DNA of 58,225 bases, from positions 1 through 58,225 of IMG/VR virus record IMGVR_UViG_3300049811_000412; one strand, written 5' to 3'. The notes under the pieces were generated by a model that ran no database searches, was not told the origin of the DNA, and was given only the letters and a program-made list of their open reading frames with translations. Position 1 is the first letter of the stretch, and each line of letters begins with the position of its first letter. This document shows positions 17,701-28,064 of this stretch, one piece after another. The position numbers were made by a program, and so were the translations under genes. Source of the stretch: a virus. Lineage: Duplodnaviria; Caudoviricetes.

Positions 17701-20700
17701 ACATTTATCCCCGCTGTTTGGGCATTGGCAACATCATTCACAATTCGGCTAGTATCCGCCACGGGGTCGGGAGTCTGTACCGTCAGGTTTTCAATCCGTG
17801 AACCCAATCCCTGCTGAATCAGCGTATCAAGGCGTTGCACGATGGCGAGGTTTCCATCGGTAACGGCCTTGGCCAAATCGAACTCGGTTTGGGCCTCGGT
17901 CAAATTTTGATCCGCCTGAACCAGTTGGTTAATATCCCCCCGTCCAACGGCCTCCAATAGTTGGTTGATGATGGGGTTATTTTGCTGGGCCAATTCAATC
18001 AGTTTGGCATCGTCGCCACTGCTAACGGCCCGGCGTACATCCCTGGTGGCATCGTCAATATTTACGCCCTGGAATAGCCCTGCCTTTTGGGCCGTATCCA
18101 GTCGGTCGCCAATGCGTTCTAGGGAAGCCAAAGAGTCCTCTACCGAAGTATTAGATTCTGCTGCAAGGGCGCTGATAATGCCCCGCCGAGCATCGGCTAA
18201 TTTGTTGCCAGCCTCAGTCAGTTGGTTCTGCTTAATCTGCTCACTGGTGAGTTGTTGTTGCAGGCCAAGCTGTTGCTCTTGAATGCCCAACACCTGATCC
18301 GTAATCACCGCCGAATCACGGGCATAGCCGATCTGTTCCTGGCGCAATGCCGAAATTTCTTCTAGCCCCTGTACTTCTTCGGCGGTGGCCCCTTCAGCCT
18401 TCGCCCGCCGCACCGCAATGTCAGCCTCAATGGCGGCAATCTCGGCGGCCTGAATTGCCCGTTGGGCTTCAATTCTGGCAAGGCGAGAGGTTACCCGCTG
18501 CGAGTCAATCTTGGCTTTCAGTTCATCCTCTGCCGCCTGAATCTGCGACTCTGCCAGATCGGCGGTGATCTCCCGTTGCCCCCGTGCATCGCCTTCTGCC
18601 TTGGCCTGGGCGAGGGCGGTTCCTAGGCGGGTTTGCTCTAGGCTTGACTGAAGGGCAATCAACCCTTGGTTGGCCTCAATCAACCGCTGCTGATTTTGTA
18701 GGGCGGTTTGCTCTCGTTCAAAGCCTGCTTCCTTCTGTTGCTGTAGGCGCTGGAGTCCGGTTAGTTCGGCATCAATAGCTTTTAAAGCAACTTGTTTAGC
18801 AGCTTCATTGGCCTCAATCTGTAACTGAGCACCTTGGATGACCGCTTGGTTTATTTCAGTTTGTAATGCTGTAATTCGGCTAGCCGCATCCTTGGCAGAA
18901 ATTTGTTTTGTGCGTTCTAATTCTTGGACGGCTGCAACTTCCTGTTGCTTTAATGCAATGGTATCTTTTGTTAATTGTTGGTTCGCTTCCCGTGTCAGCC
19001 TTGCCGCTTCGTCTGCGTCAATTTCACCTGATGCCTGAGAGACTGCAATAGTTGCGGTTTTGCCAGTAAGGGATTGTTGTAGTGCATTTAGCGATTCTTC
19101 TGTCGCCCTTTGAGCCTCATCTTGCAAATCTTTTTGAGCCTCAATTTGCAGCTGAACACTTTGTTGACTTGCGTCTGCTATTTCACCTTGCAGCGCTGAA
19201 ATTCGATCTGCAGATTCTTCCGCCGTAATTACTTTGTCTCGCTCTAATGCGCGGACTCCTTCAATCTCCTTCTCTTTGGCTTCAATAGTATCTTTTATTA
19301 GTTTTTGATTGACTTCTCTAGTCTGTCTTGCAGCCTCGTTTGGGTCAATCTGCCCTGAGAGCTGCTGTTCAAGAATCCCTGTAATTTTTGTTGTAGCACC
19401 TTGGTTTAAGGCTTCTTGTGCTTGCTGGGCAGTGCGTTCAAAATCTTCTAGCTGCTCAGCGTTTTTTGTCTTCAGCGTTTCAATAGTATTGTTCGCTAAA
19501 GCAATGCGGTCTTGGGCTAAAGCCTGCTCAAGTCGCAGAATTTCATCATTGGTAGCTTGGACGTCTTCGGGTGTTGCTCCAGACTGATCAAGGTTTTTAA
19601 GTTTATCAAGTGCTTCTTGATTGGCTTTAGTTCTATCTTCAATCGCTTTTTTGTCGGCTTCAGCGATTTTAGTATTGACATTTTCCGGCGTAGTATTACC
19701 CGCTGCCTGCCCTTCTAGTGCTGTGGCTTGTGCTTCAAGGTTTGTTAACTCAATTCCGCCTAGAGTCTCGGATAAAGCTGTTTTGGCTGAATTTAGCTTT
19801 TTACTCAAACCTTCAACTGAATCGCCCAGGTCTTCGGTGCCCTCGGTCAATTCCCCAGTGGCATTGTTGGCATCGCCCATGGTGCCCGTGGTAGCGGTTA
19901 GCCCATTGCGGTAATTCCGCAGGCGTTCGATTTGGGCATCGCGTTTTTTGGTATCTTCCTCACTGAGGTTGATCTGTTGTTCTAGTCCGGCAATGGTCGT
20001 GTCAATGGCCTGAATCGTGGCCGTTACTTGCCCTGGGGGGATTTCAGTGCCACCCTTTAGCGCTGCCCCTAAGTCAATCGCGGCTTGCTCTGTTTCTCCA
20101 GCTTTCAGCGAGATTCGTGCAAAATTTCGCGCTGTACGATTTGCCGCCGCCTCTGCCGCCGTAGGAAGGCCAGGAATCCGATCACGAATCCCGTCTAAGG
20201 CCCGCTGCACTCGATTCAGCGGGACATTGTTTAACTCTGAAATGCCATCCTTAGCCTCTCCAGAGGTCACCGCGACCTCGGCTAAGGCTTTGTCAATATC
20301 CTTGATGCCTTTGTTGGTTCGTCCAGTCGATGCATTGATCGACCGCCAGGTGTCAAACGCAGCCGCCACAGATGCCACGGCACCAACCGCCAAGCCCCCA
20401 ACAACAGCAATCGATCCAACCCCGGCAAGGACTGGCCCCAGTGCCCCCGCCGCTGCGGTTTGAAGCGCCCCAAAGGCTGCCCCGACACCAGCCAGCCCAC
20501 CACCTGCTGCCACAAAGGCCGCTGTAGCCGCCCCTACTGCCGTCGCGATGCCTCCCCATGCCGCCTTGGCAACGTTGCCGACCTTGCCTACCAACCCGCC
20601 CAGCTTGCCCATCACCCCGGCGTTGGCAGCGGTAGCAGCGGTGTTTCCCGTGAGAGCCGCAGTATTGGCCCCAGTCGCCGCCGTTGATGCCCCTCGCGCC

Positions 20701-23700
20701 GCCACACTGGCCACCAAGGATTGGGTCAGGAACTTGGTGACTTGGTCGTTGGCAAACGTCACTGCCGCATTGGCGACCTTGGCCGCAGTGCCAGCCACTA
20801 CCGCCGCTGTCTCGGCAATCTGTGTCCCAACGGCCTGGATCATGCCGATATTCCACACTGCCGTTGCCGCCGCCACAGCGCCCAGCACCCCGGTCAATCC
20901 AATCAGCACCGAGATCGCCCCACTGATGGGGGCTGGCAAGGCTTGGAACCCGCCTAGCAATGCCGCCGTTGCCCGTGCCACTGCTTCCGCCGCAGGGGCG
21001 AACGTGCCAAACATCACCGACGCTGCACCCTCAGCAGCACTACTCAGCAGGTCAAGGGCACCTGTTAGCCCCTGACCCATGGCCTCGCCCGCCCGTTGGC
21101 TGAATCCTTGAGATTCGGCAATGGCCATATTGAGTTGATCGACCTGCTCAGCGCTGGCCCCCATCAGGGCAGTGAAGGCGCGGCCCCCACGTTCGCCAAA
21201 GAGTTGTTGCTCAATGGTTTCTTTTTGCTGAACGGTGAGGTTAGCAAAGTTTGCACGGAGTTGCGGCAGCGTCTCACTAAAATCTTTCAGCGTTCCATCG
21301 GCATTGCGGATATTGACATCTAAAAGCTGAAAAGCCTTAGTTGCATCGTTTTCAACGCCTCTAGCAAGTTCGGCACTGGCTACCTTCAACTCATCAAACA
21401 CCGCCCCCAGGTTGGTACCCGCACGGCTGCCCACAATGCCCGCATTGGCCAGCAAGCCCAACAGTAGGGAGGTGGTTTCGATGGACTGGTTAGAGGCCTT
21501 GGCTTGCCCCCCAACATAGCTCAGCGCCTCGCCTAGCCCCTCCACGTCGGTTGCCGAATTGGAGGCCGTCACGCCCAGCACATCCACAAAACGCAAGGCA
21601 TCGCTACCGCTGGCCTGGAACTGGGTTAGGGCTTTCGCCGCTACCTCGCCCAGCACGCTCATATCAGTGGATGTGGCAATGGCCCCCAACGTGACGCCCT
21701 TCAACGCCTGCTCAATGTTGGACGCTGAAACACCCGCCCGCGACATTTCAACAGCGGTTTGCTGAACTTCAGCAGCGGTGAAGGCCGTTTCCGCCCCCAA
21801 CCGTGCTGATTCCTTGGTAACGGCTTCGATCTCTTCAGCGCTAGCCCCCGCTGCTCCGGCCAAGATAGCAAACTGTTTGGTCTGCTGTTCAAAGTCGAGG
21901 AACGTGTTAGCCCCGAATTTGAACGCCTTACTAATCCCCGTGGCAATGGCACCCCCGGCGATGGCAGTGGCAAAGTTATCGGCACCATCGGCTAGCTTCT
22001 GTTGCTCTCGGTTTGCAGCGGCGAGGGCTTTTTCAACCTGCTTAACCTCGGCCTCACTCAGGCCGTATTCCTGCCGGAGTTTGGCTGCTGTCACCGCTGC
22101 CCGTTGGTTTTCGGCCTGGATTTTCTTAACCGCTGCCTCTAACTGTTGGGCTTGTTTGGGGTCAAGGTCAGCCCCTTCTAGTAGTGCTTTGTCTGCGGCT
22201 TGTTGGGCTTGTAGTCGGGCTTGGGCATCCGCAGCGCGTTCAAATTCACGGGCAAAGTCTTCGGCCTCTTTGACCTGACGTTTGAACGACAAGGCTTCTT
22301 CCCGCTGGGCTAATTTTTCAGCTTGAATCTGTGCCCGTTCTAGGGCTTTGGCCATGCGTTCAGATTCATTGAACTGCCGTTTTAGTTCCAGCAATTCCGC
22401 CTGAGTCTTCAATTTTTCCTGACTCGCCGCAGCCCGATCTAACTCATTGGTGATGAGCTTTAGTTCGTCAATTTGCTTGCGGTAGCTAATATCATCGGCT
22501 TGTTTTTGTCGTCGTTCTTCAGCCTTTGTCGCTGCCTCCAATTCCCGCGACAGTTGCTTAATATCGGCCAGCGCTTTCTCGTAGCTTAGATTCTGCGCCT
22601 GCTCTTTGGCATCAGCGGTTAGCTTAGCCGCCCGCCCCACATCAACGGCCAATTGCTTGATGTCGGACATTGCCGATTCATAGCTCAAATTACGAGCTTT
22701 TTGTTCAGCATCCGCCGTTGCTTTACTGGCTCGGTCTAGGTCTGCCGCCAGTTGTTTGACATCAGCTAGCGCCTTCTCATAGCTAATGTTTCGCGCCTTT
22801 TGATCGGTGTCTGCCGTTGCCTTCCTGGCTGCATCTAAATCCGCCGATAGTGTGCGAATATCTGCCAGGGCAGCTTCATAGCTAATGTTGCGGGCTTTCT
22901 GGTCAATATCCGCCGCTGCATTGGCGGCACGTTCGTTATCTTTGGCTAACTTATCCGCTTCAATGGCAGCTTTCTTAAAGTCAAGATTACGGGCCGACTC
23001 TGCCGCCGCAAATGCCGATTTAGAAGCCTGCTCTGCCTCCCGTGCAAGCTGTGCAGCGTCCGCCGCTGCTTTGCGATAGTCAAGCTCTTGGGCCTGCTGA
23101 TTTAGCTTGGCCTGATAGTTGGCAATACCTTCGGTTTCTTTAACTAGGGCATTGGCTTCCTTGGTCGCATTTTTGAACGTGAACTGTTTTTGCAGTTCGG
23201 TCAATTCACGGGCGGCGACCTGCCCCCGTTCAATGGCATCGGCTAGCGCCAGGGCTTCCCCAGTTTGGCGAGTCAGGTTAAGCCGATCTACAGCGGTGAC
23301 AATGGCCTCAGCTTTTTTCGCCGCTGCGTCTAACCGTTCCTTGAGGGTATTGGCCTGTTCGGTAACAGGCTTAATGTTGAGAGCGCTGGTGACTTCTTTG
23401 TTTTTACCAAGGGAAGTTTTGACCGCATCAAATGCCGGGGCAATGGCACGGGCTTCCTGTAGTATGTCTTTGAAACTGAGGCTTTGTTGTTCTGTCTTGA
23501 GCTCACGAAAAGCGGTGATGCTAGCGTTGATTCGCTCTAGCAACGTCCCGGCATCATTCAGCGCTTTCTCGAAGGTAATCCGCTCGGCGTTGGTGGCCAG
23601 AGTGCCGCTTTTATCAGCGGCGGTGCTGAGTTTGTCCGCAAGGGTTTTTGACTCGTCCGCCTGGGTTTTGAATTTGAAAGAAGCCAGCTTATCGGCGATT

Positions 23701-26700
23701 GTCTTAAACGCATCGCGGGCCTCTTTGAAGCTGGTTGCTAATGCCTTAGCTTCAGTGATTTGTTCCGTCAGGTTAAACGCTGTCTTATTCTGCGCTAACC
23801 ATTGGAACATCCCCGCAACTTTCTCGATGGCCTTATACAGGGAATCCGATTGGCTAAGCTGAGCATCTAGCTTAATTCGCCCTACCGCCCGCTGCATTTC
23901 ATCAATGCGAGTGGCGATGGTCTTATAGGAATCGGCTAGTTGCTTGCTTTGGTCTAGGGGCGTCTTGAGGCTAAATGATTTGATGCTTTCTGCCAGCTTG
24001 GCATAAGCTGTCTGGGCATTCTTTAGCCCTGTTGCCAATCCATCAGATTCTTTTACTGGCCCGGCAAAGCTCACCTCAGCTTTATTTTGGATAAGGAAGT
24101 TCATCCAAGTTGAGGCGGATTTAAGAGCCTCGGCCAGATCCGTCGCCTGCTGGATACCTTTGGTAAAGTCAAGCTTCTCGGCCTTGGTAGAGATGGCAGT
24201 AACGCTATTTCCCGCCGCCTCAAAACGAGCGTCTAGGGTTTGGGCCTCGCTAAGAACGTCCTTAAATTTGATGCCCTTTTGGTTGGTGCTGAGCTTGCCC
24301 GTTGCCGTGGCCATTGTGTTTAGGGCGGTGCCTAGCTCCTTGGCATCCTGAGCGATAGCCGCAAAGCTGATGGTGGCGAGGATGCCCTTAAACTCTTGAA
24401 TGCTGGTTTGAGCTTGGGTCAGCTTGGCAACAAAGGCTTCAGCGCTGGCATTGGGCTTTTCAAAGTTGATGGTAGAGAGTGTCCCCAGGAGGGCTTGGGC
24501 GGCGTTCTCGCTACTCTCTAGGGAAGCCGCAAAGCTAGCCGTAGACTGGGCCTGGCCATCTAACGACAGCCGCCCTTGCCCATCGATGATTTCCCTCAGC
24601 ACTGTTGCCGCTGCTTGCAGTTTGGCCGATAGGTCTTGAACTTCGGCAATGGTGGGGGCAAAGTTCAGCGCCTTCTGCTGGATCACCAGGGTCTCTACCG
24701 CATTGGCAGCGGCCAACAGTGGATCGACTAGGGCAGCGGCAGCGGCAATTTGTTTGGAAAGGTCTAGGCCAGAAATGCCCTCGCTCAACGCCTTCACTTT
24801 GGTGTTGACGTTGGTGAGCTTAGTCGCCATCGAGCCAATCTGTTTCACCGCATCGGTTAGGGCCGTGGCGAGGCTTTGGGCTGCGGCACTGGCCCCAGCG
24901 GCGGCACTGGCGGCGGCTTGGCTGCTTTCCTTGGCCAATCGGTCTAGGTCGGTGAGCGCTTCCTTAAAGTCAATCTCACGAGCCTTCTGGGCGGTGTCGG
25001 CAATGGCAGCGGCGGCGCGTTCGTTGTCATTCGCCAGTTGGTTGATGTCGGCTAGGGCTTGGGCAAAGTCTAGTTCCCGCGCTTTGGCGGCGGTGTCGTC
25101 AGCGGCGGCGGCGGCACGCTCTAGGTCATTGGCGGCGGCTTGCAGTTGGGCTACCTGCTCTAGGTAGCTGAGGGCGGCGGCGGCATTGCTGAGGGCCGTC
25201 TGGGCGATGCTGGCCTTATCTAGGTCGCTGGCAACTGCTTCGATCTGGCCAGCGGTGTCGAGGTAGTTCAGGGAACCTGCCTGATCATTCAGTTGCCCCT
25301 GCGAGGTTGCCGCCTGCTCTAGGTTGCTGGCAACGGCGTCTAGCTGCCCAATGGTGTCGGAGTAGTTGAGGCCATTGGCGCTATCGTTCAACTGGGCCTG
25401 AGCCGACTGGGCGCGTTCTAGGCCATCGGTAGCGGATTGAATGTCGGTGAGGTTTTGCTGATAGTTGAGGGAATTGACCTGCTGGTTAAACTCACCCTGG
25501 GCCGCGCTGGCTTGGGTAAGGTCAGCCGCGACGGCCCCGATCTGCGCCGCTACATCGCCATAGTTCAGCGCCTCGGAGGATGCATTGAGTTGGGCCTGAA
25601 GGTCTACGGCTTGGTTAATCGACTGAGTGACCCCCTCCAGTTGCGCCGCCACGTCGCCATAGTTCAACCCTTCAGAGGATGTGTTGAGTTGGGCTTGGGA
25701 TTCACTGGCCTGCGATAGGTTTTGGGCAACGGTGCCTAGCTGAGCATTGGCATTGGCATAGTCGAGGGTTTGGGCTTGGCTGTTCAGTTCCAGTTGGTCG
25801 CCCTTGGCCTGCTCTAGGTCTTGCCGGAAGGCGGCAACCTGGGCCGTGTTTTCGGCATAGTTGAGGGCGGCAACTGCGTCATTGAGTTGGGCCTGTTCGT
25901 TGCGGGCTTGTTCTAGGCTTTGGGCAGCGGCGGCAATCTGTGCGGTCTTGTCGGCATAATTGAGGGCATTGACTTGATCATTCAGTTGCCCTTGCTCAGA
26001 TCGAGCGCTGGCAATGTCCCGCGCAATGCCTTCCACCTGAACGCCGGGGGCAGCATAGTTGAGCGTTGCCGCCTGGTCGTTCAGTTGAGATTGTTCAATT
26101 TTGGCCCGCTCTAAATCTCGCGCAATGGCTTCCACGTCGGTCGCCTTGCGCTGGTAGTCTAGGCCATCAACCTGATCATTCAGTTGAGCCTGAGAAGATA
26201 CCGCCCGATCAACGTCTTGGGCAATGGCTTCAATAGATGCGGCCTTGTCGCCATAGTTGAGGGCAACGACTTGGTCATTGAGAACGGACTGACTATTTTT
26301 GGCTTGGTCAATGCTATCGGCGGCAGTGCGAATTTCTGCCGTAGCCCTCGCATAATCTAGGGCAGCAGCACCTTGGTTCAGCAACGATTGAGCGTCACTC
26401 GCCCGACCTAATTCTGTCGAGATGGCCAGGATCTCGCCTTGCGGTTGGCTGTAGCTTAGCCCCTGGCTGACCTTGATGATCTGAGTCAGAAAGTTGGTGG
26501 CTTGTCCTAGCTGCTCCGCAAGGGCAAACGCCTCCTGTTCAACCCGCTTATAGCTGAGGGCATCTTGGGTATGGTTCAGCAGTGCTTGGGCATCCCGTGC
26601 CCGTTCCAATTCCTGGGCCAGCCCTGCCGATTCTGCTTTGGCTTTGTCGAAGGTTAGGGCGATAGCTTGGTTGGTTAAACTCTGGGCTTCCCGTGCCGCT

Positions 26701-27020
26701 TTTTCTAGTTCAATAGCAAGCTTTCTGGCCTCACCAACCCCGATGATATATTGCTCGACAAACTTAGCCGCAATGATGGCCGCGCCGTCGGTGGTGTTCG
26801 ACATTTTGACGATGGCTTGCTCAATCGCCGTCACCATCGTGGCTTGGTTTTTGAATTGCTTCCCAAGCTCTGCAATTGCCGCCTCTGCCGCCTCAGTTTT
26901 GAGGGTGACCTTAATCTCGGCGGATTCTTTTTTGAGACGAGCCTGGAGCTTTTTTAGCTGAGCATCAAGGCTGGCTAGGTTTAGCTCAACGCCAAAGGAA
27001 ACTGACCCTACCTGGCTCAT
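17697..27020 (-). CDS. Tail tape measure protein, 3107 aa
   Basis: Ala/Gln-rich helical repeats; TP901-type core (LGAETAFTAAEV..GIVGSRAGTNL) ~21100-21900; Gly/Ala TM region. Confidence 0.95.
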   Translation of the reverse strand: MSQVGSVSFGVELNLASLDAQLKKLQARLKKESAEIKVTLKTEAAEAAIAELGKQFKNQATMVTAIEQAIVKMSNTTDGAAIIAAKFVEQYIIGVGEARKLAIELEKAAREAQSLTNQAIALTFDKAKAESAGLAQELERARDAQALLNHTQDALSYKRVEQEAFALAEQLGQATNFLTQIIKVSQGLSYSQPQGEILAISTELGRASDAQSLLNQGAAALDYARATAEIRTAADSIDQAKNSQSVLNDQVVALNYGDKAASIEAIAQDVDRAVSSQAQLNDQVDGLDYQRKATDVEAIARDLERAKIEQSQLNDQAATLNYAAPGVQVEGIARDIASARSEQGQLNDQVNALNYADKTAQIAAAAQSLEQARNEQAQLNDAVAALNYAENTAQVAAFRQDLEQAKGDQLELNSQAQTLDYANANAQLGTVAQNLSQASESQAQLNTSSEGLNYGDVAAQLEGVTQSINQAVDLQAQLNASSEALNYGDVAAQIGAVAADLTQASAAQGEFNQQVNSLNYQQNLTDIQSATDGLERAQSAQAQLNDSANGLNYSDTIGQLDAVASNLEQAATSQGQLNDQAGSLNYLDTAGQIEAVASDLDKASIAQTALSNAAAALSYLEQVAQLQAAANDLERAAAAADDTAAKARELDFAQALADINQLANDNERAAAAIADTAQKAREIDFKEALTDLDRLAKESSQAAASAAAGASAAAQSLATALTDAVKQIGSMATKLTNVNTKVKALSEGISGLDLSKQIAAAAALVDPLLAAANAVETLVIQQKALNFAPTIAEVQDLSAKLQAAATVLREIIDGQGRLSLDGQAQSTASFAASLESSENAAQALLGTLSTINFEKPNASAEAFVAKLTQAQTSIQEFKGILATISFAAIAQDAKELGTALNTMATATGKLSTNQKGIKFKDVLSEAQTLDARFEAAGNSVTAISTKAEKLDFTKGIQQATDLAEALKSASTWMNFLIQNKAEVSFAGPVKESDGLATGLKNAQTAYAKLAESIKSFSLKTPLDQSKQLADSYKTIATRIDEMQRAVGRIKLDAQLSQSDSLYKAIEKVAGMFQWLAQNKTAFNLTEQITEAKALATSFKEARDAFKTIADKLASFKFKTQADESKTLADKLSTAADKSGTLATNAERITFEKALNDAGTLLERINASITAFRELKTEQQSLSFKDILQEARAIAPAFDAVKTSLGKNKEVTSALNIKPVTEQANTLKERLDAAAKKAEAIVTAVDRLNLTRQTGEALALADAIERGQVAARELTELQKQFTFKNATKEANALVKETEGIANYQAKLNQQAQELDYRKAAADAAQLAREAEQASKSAFAAAESARNLDFKKAAIEADKLAKDNERAANAAADIDQKARNISYEAALADIRTLSADLDAARKATADTDQKARNISYEKALADVKQLAADLDRASKATADAEQKARNLSYESAMSDIKQLAVDVGRAAKLTADAKEQAQNLSYEKALADIKQLSRELEAATKAEERRQKQADDISYRKQIDELKLITNELDRAAASQEKLKTQAELLELKRQFNESERMAKALERAQIQAEKLAQREEALSFKRQVKEAEDFAREFERAADAQARLQAQQAADKALLEGADLDPKQAQQLEAAVKKIQAENQRAAVTAAKLRQEYGLSEAEVKQVEKALAAANREQQKLADGADNFATAIAGGAIATGISKAFKFGANTFLDFEQQTKQFAILAGAAGASAEEIEAVTKESARLGAETAFTAAEVQQTAVEMSRAGVSASNIEQALKGVTLGAIATSTDMSVLGEVAAKALTQFQASGSDALRFVDVLGVTASNSATDVEGLGEALSYVGGQAKASNQSIETTSLLLGLLANAGIVGSRAGTNLGAVFDELKVASAELARGVENDATKAFQLLDVNIRNADGTLKDFSETLPQLRANFANLTVQQKETIEQQLFGERGGRAFTALMGASAEQVDQLNMAIAESQGFSQRAGEAMGQGLTGALDLLSSAAEGAASVMFGTFAPAAEAVARATAALLGGFQALPAPISGAISVLIGLTGVLGAVAAATAVWNIGMIQAVGTQIAETAAVVAGTAAKVANAAVTFANDQVTKFLTQSLVASVAARGASTAATGANTAALTGNTAATAANAGVMGKLGGLVGKVGNVAKAAWGGIATAVGAATAAFVAAGGGLAGVGAAFGALQTAAAGALGPVLAGVGSIAVVGGLAVGAVASVAAAFDTWRSINASTGRTNKGIKDIDKALAEVAVTSGEAKDGISELNNVPLNRVQRALDGIRDRIPGLPTAAEAAANRTARNFARISLKAGETEQAAIDLGAALKGGTEIPPGQVTATIQAIDTTIAGLEQQINLSEEDTKKRDAQIERLRNYRNGLTATTGTMGDANNATGELTEGTEDLGDSVEGLSKKLNSAKTALSETLGGIELTNLEAQATALEGQAAGNTTPENVNTKIAEADKKAIEDRTKANQEALDKLKNLDQSGATPEDVQATNDEILRLEQALAQDRIALANNTIETLKTKNAEQLEDFERTAQQAQEALNQGATTKITGILEQQLSGQIDPNEAARQTREVNQKLIKDTIEAKEKEIEGVRALERDKVITAEESADRISALQGEIADASQQSVQLQIEAQKDLQDEAQRATEESLNALQQSLTGKTATIAVSQASGEIDADEAARLTREANQQLTKDTIALKQQEVAAVQELERTKQISAKDAASRITALQTEINQAVIQGAQLQIEANEAAKQVALKAIDAELTGLQRLQQQKEAGFEREQTALQNQQRLIEANQGLIALQSSLEQTRLGTALAQAKAEGDARGQREITADLAESQIQAAEDELKAKIDSQRVTSRLARIEAQRAIQAAEIAAIEADIAVRRAKAEGATAEEVQGLEEISALRQEQIGYARDSAVITDQVLGIQEQQLGLQQQLTSEQIKQNQLTEAGNKLADARRGIISALAAESNTSVEDSLASLERIGDRLDTAQKAGLFQGVNIDDATRDVRRAVSSGDDAKLIELAQQNNPIINQLLEAVGRGDINQLVQADQNLTEAQTEFDLAKAVTDGNLAIVQRLDTLIQQGLGSRIENLTVQTPDPVADTSRIVNDVANAQTAGINV

Positions 27021-27469
27021 AGTGATGCAAGCTCCATCTCATCTCGGTTAATTTGCCGCACCGCCCATTCAGGCAGCTTCCCTTGGTCGGCTAGGGAAAG
27101 CCAAAGCTTGGCCGTTTCGGGGGTCATGTAGTGGTTGAGCTCTTGCTTTCGCTTCACCACCGCCGCCCAGTTGAACCAGTCCCGCTTTGGCTTTTTCACC
27201 CCCTGGGCACTCAGGAGGGCCACCCCTAGATCGGCTAGGCTGCGACTGTCGTAGTCAATGCGTCGGAGTCGTTCTTCTTCGTAGCTCGCGATGGCTTGCC
27301 CAATGACGTGGACGGGGCATTGTCCAAAGGCTCGGCCTGTGAATCGAGGGTGGTTAGGGTAGTACTGCTGGAGTTGCCAGTAGATGCTGACCCAGTCGGT
27401 GGGTTCTTCCCTTCCCGCTGAAGCCGATACCCCTCTCGTTCTGCGGCGAGGGCCGTGCGGTCGTTTCCC
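27017..27469 (-). CDS. Tail assembly chaperone frameshift extension (gpT-like)
   Basis: -1 frame open from ~27475 to 27017 (PTDWVSIYWQLQQYYP..); G GGA AAC heptamer at 27463-27469. Confidence 0.65.
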   Translation of the reverse strand, partial: GKRPHGPRRRTRGVSASAGREEPTDWVSIYWQLQQYYPNHPRFTGRAFGQCPVHVIGQAIASYEEERLRRIDYDSRSLADLGVALLSAQGVKKPKRDWFNWAAVVKRKQELNHYMTPETAKLWLSLADQGKLPEWAVRQINRDEMELASL

Positions 27470-27852
27470 AGGTTGCTACTGAACTCATCCATGAAGAACA
27501 TGAACACTTGGCTGATGAGAGCCGACGGGAACATTTTGCGAGGGGTGCCATAGCACATCACCTCGTCGAGGGAAGGCAGGCTCCCCTTTAGGGCCACCAG
27601 CTTATCGCCTTTCCACCCGGCAATGCCAAACCGCAACAGCAGCAGGGAGTACACCGCCTCGGTCATAGGGATGAGGGCAGTATTGGCAAGACCATACTGT
27701 TCGTTGTACCAAGCCAGATAGCGGGCCTCATCTACCGACACCGAGCCGAGAATGGGAATCTCAATCGCGATGCCTTCGACCTCAATGCGTTCGGTAATGG
27801 GCGCTTCGTTTTCTTCAGGCAGTTGCCAGGGGACGATAGGTAAACTGGGCAT
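27235..27852 (-). CDS. Tail assembly chaperone (gpG-like)
   Basis: Between tail tube and tape measure; Ser/Thr-rich tail after slippery region. Confidence 0.7.
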   Translation of the reverse strand: MPSLPIVPWQLPEENEAPITERIEVEGIAIEIPILGSVSVDEARYLAWYNEQYGLANTALIPMTEAVYSLLLLRFGIAGWKGDKLVALKGSLPSLDEVMCYGTPRKMFPSALISQVFMFFMDEFSSNLGNDRTALAAEREGYRLQREGKNPPTGSASTGNSSSTTLTTLDSQAEPLDNAPSTSLGKPSRATKKNDSDALTTTVAA

Positions 27853-28060
27853 CGTAGTAAAGCTCCGTAATGTCGGTTGGGATGGTGATGGTTAGCTTCA
27901 ACCCATCGGGCTTTTTGGGTTCCATCACCGTTTGCTCGGTGCCTCTCAGGTCGAGGACTTTGTGGGCGGGGCATTGGAAGATCGCGGCATAGCAAACGTC
28001 GTTCACCAGTTCGCAATCCACCAACACCACCGACTCATTCACCAGGCAGGGAACGTCCAT
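27815..28060 (-). CDS. Hypothetical tail-region protein
   Basis: Fills gap in operon. Confidence 0.5.
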   Translation of the reverse strand: MDVPCLVNESVVLVDCELVNDVCYAAIFQCPAHKVLDLRGTEQTVMEPKKPDGLKLTITIPTDITELYYDAQFTYRPLATA

Positions 28061-28064
28061 CTAC

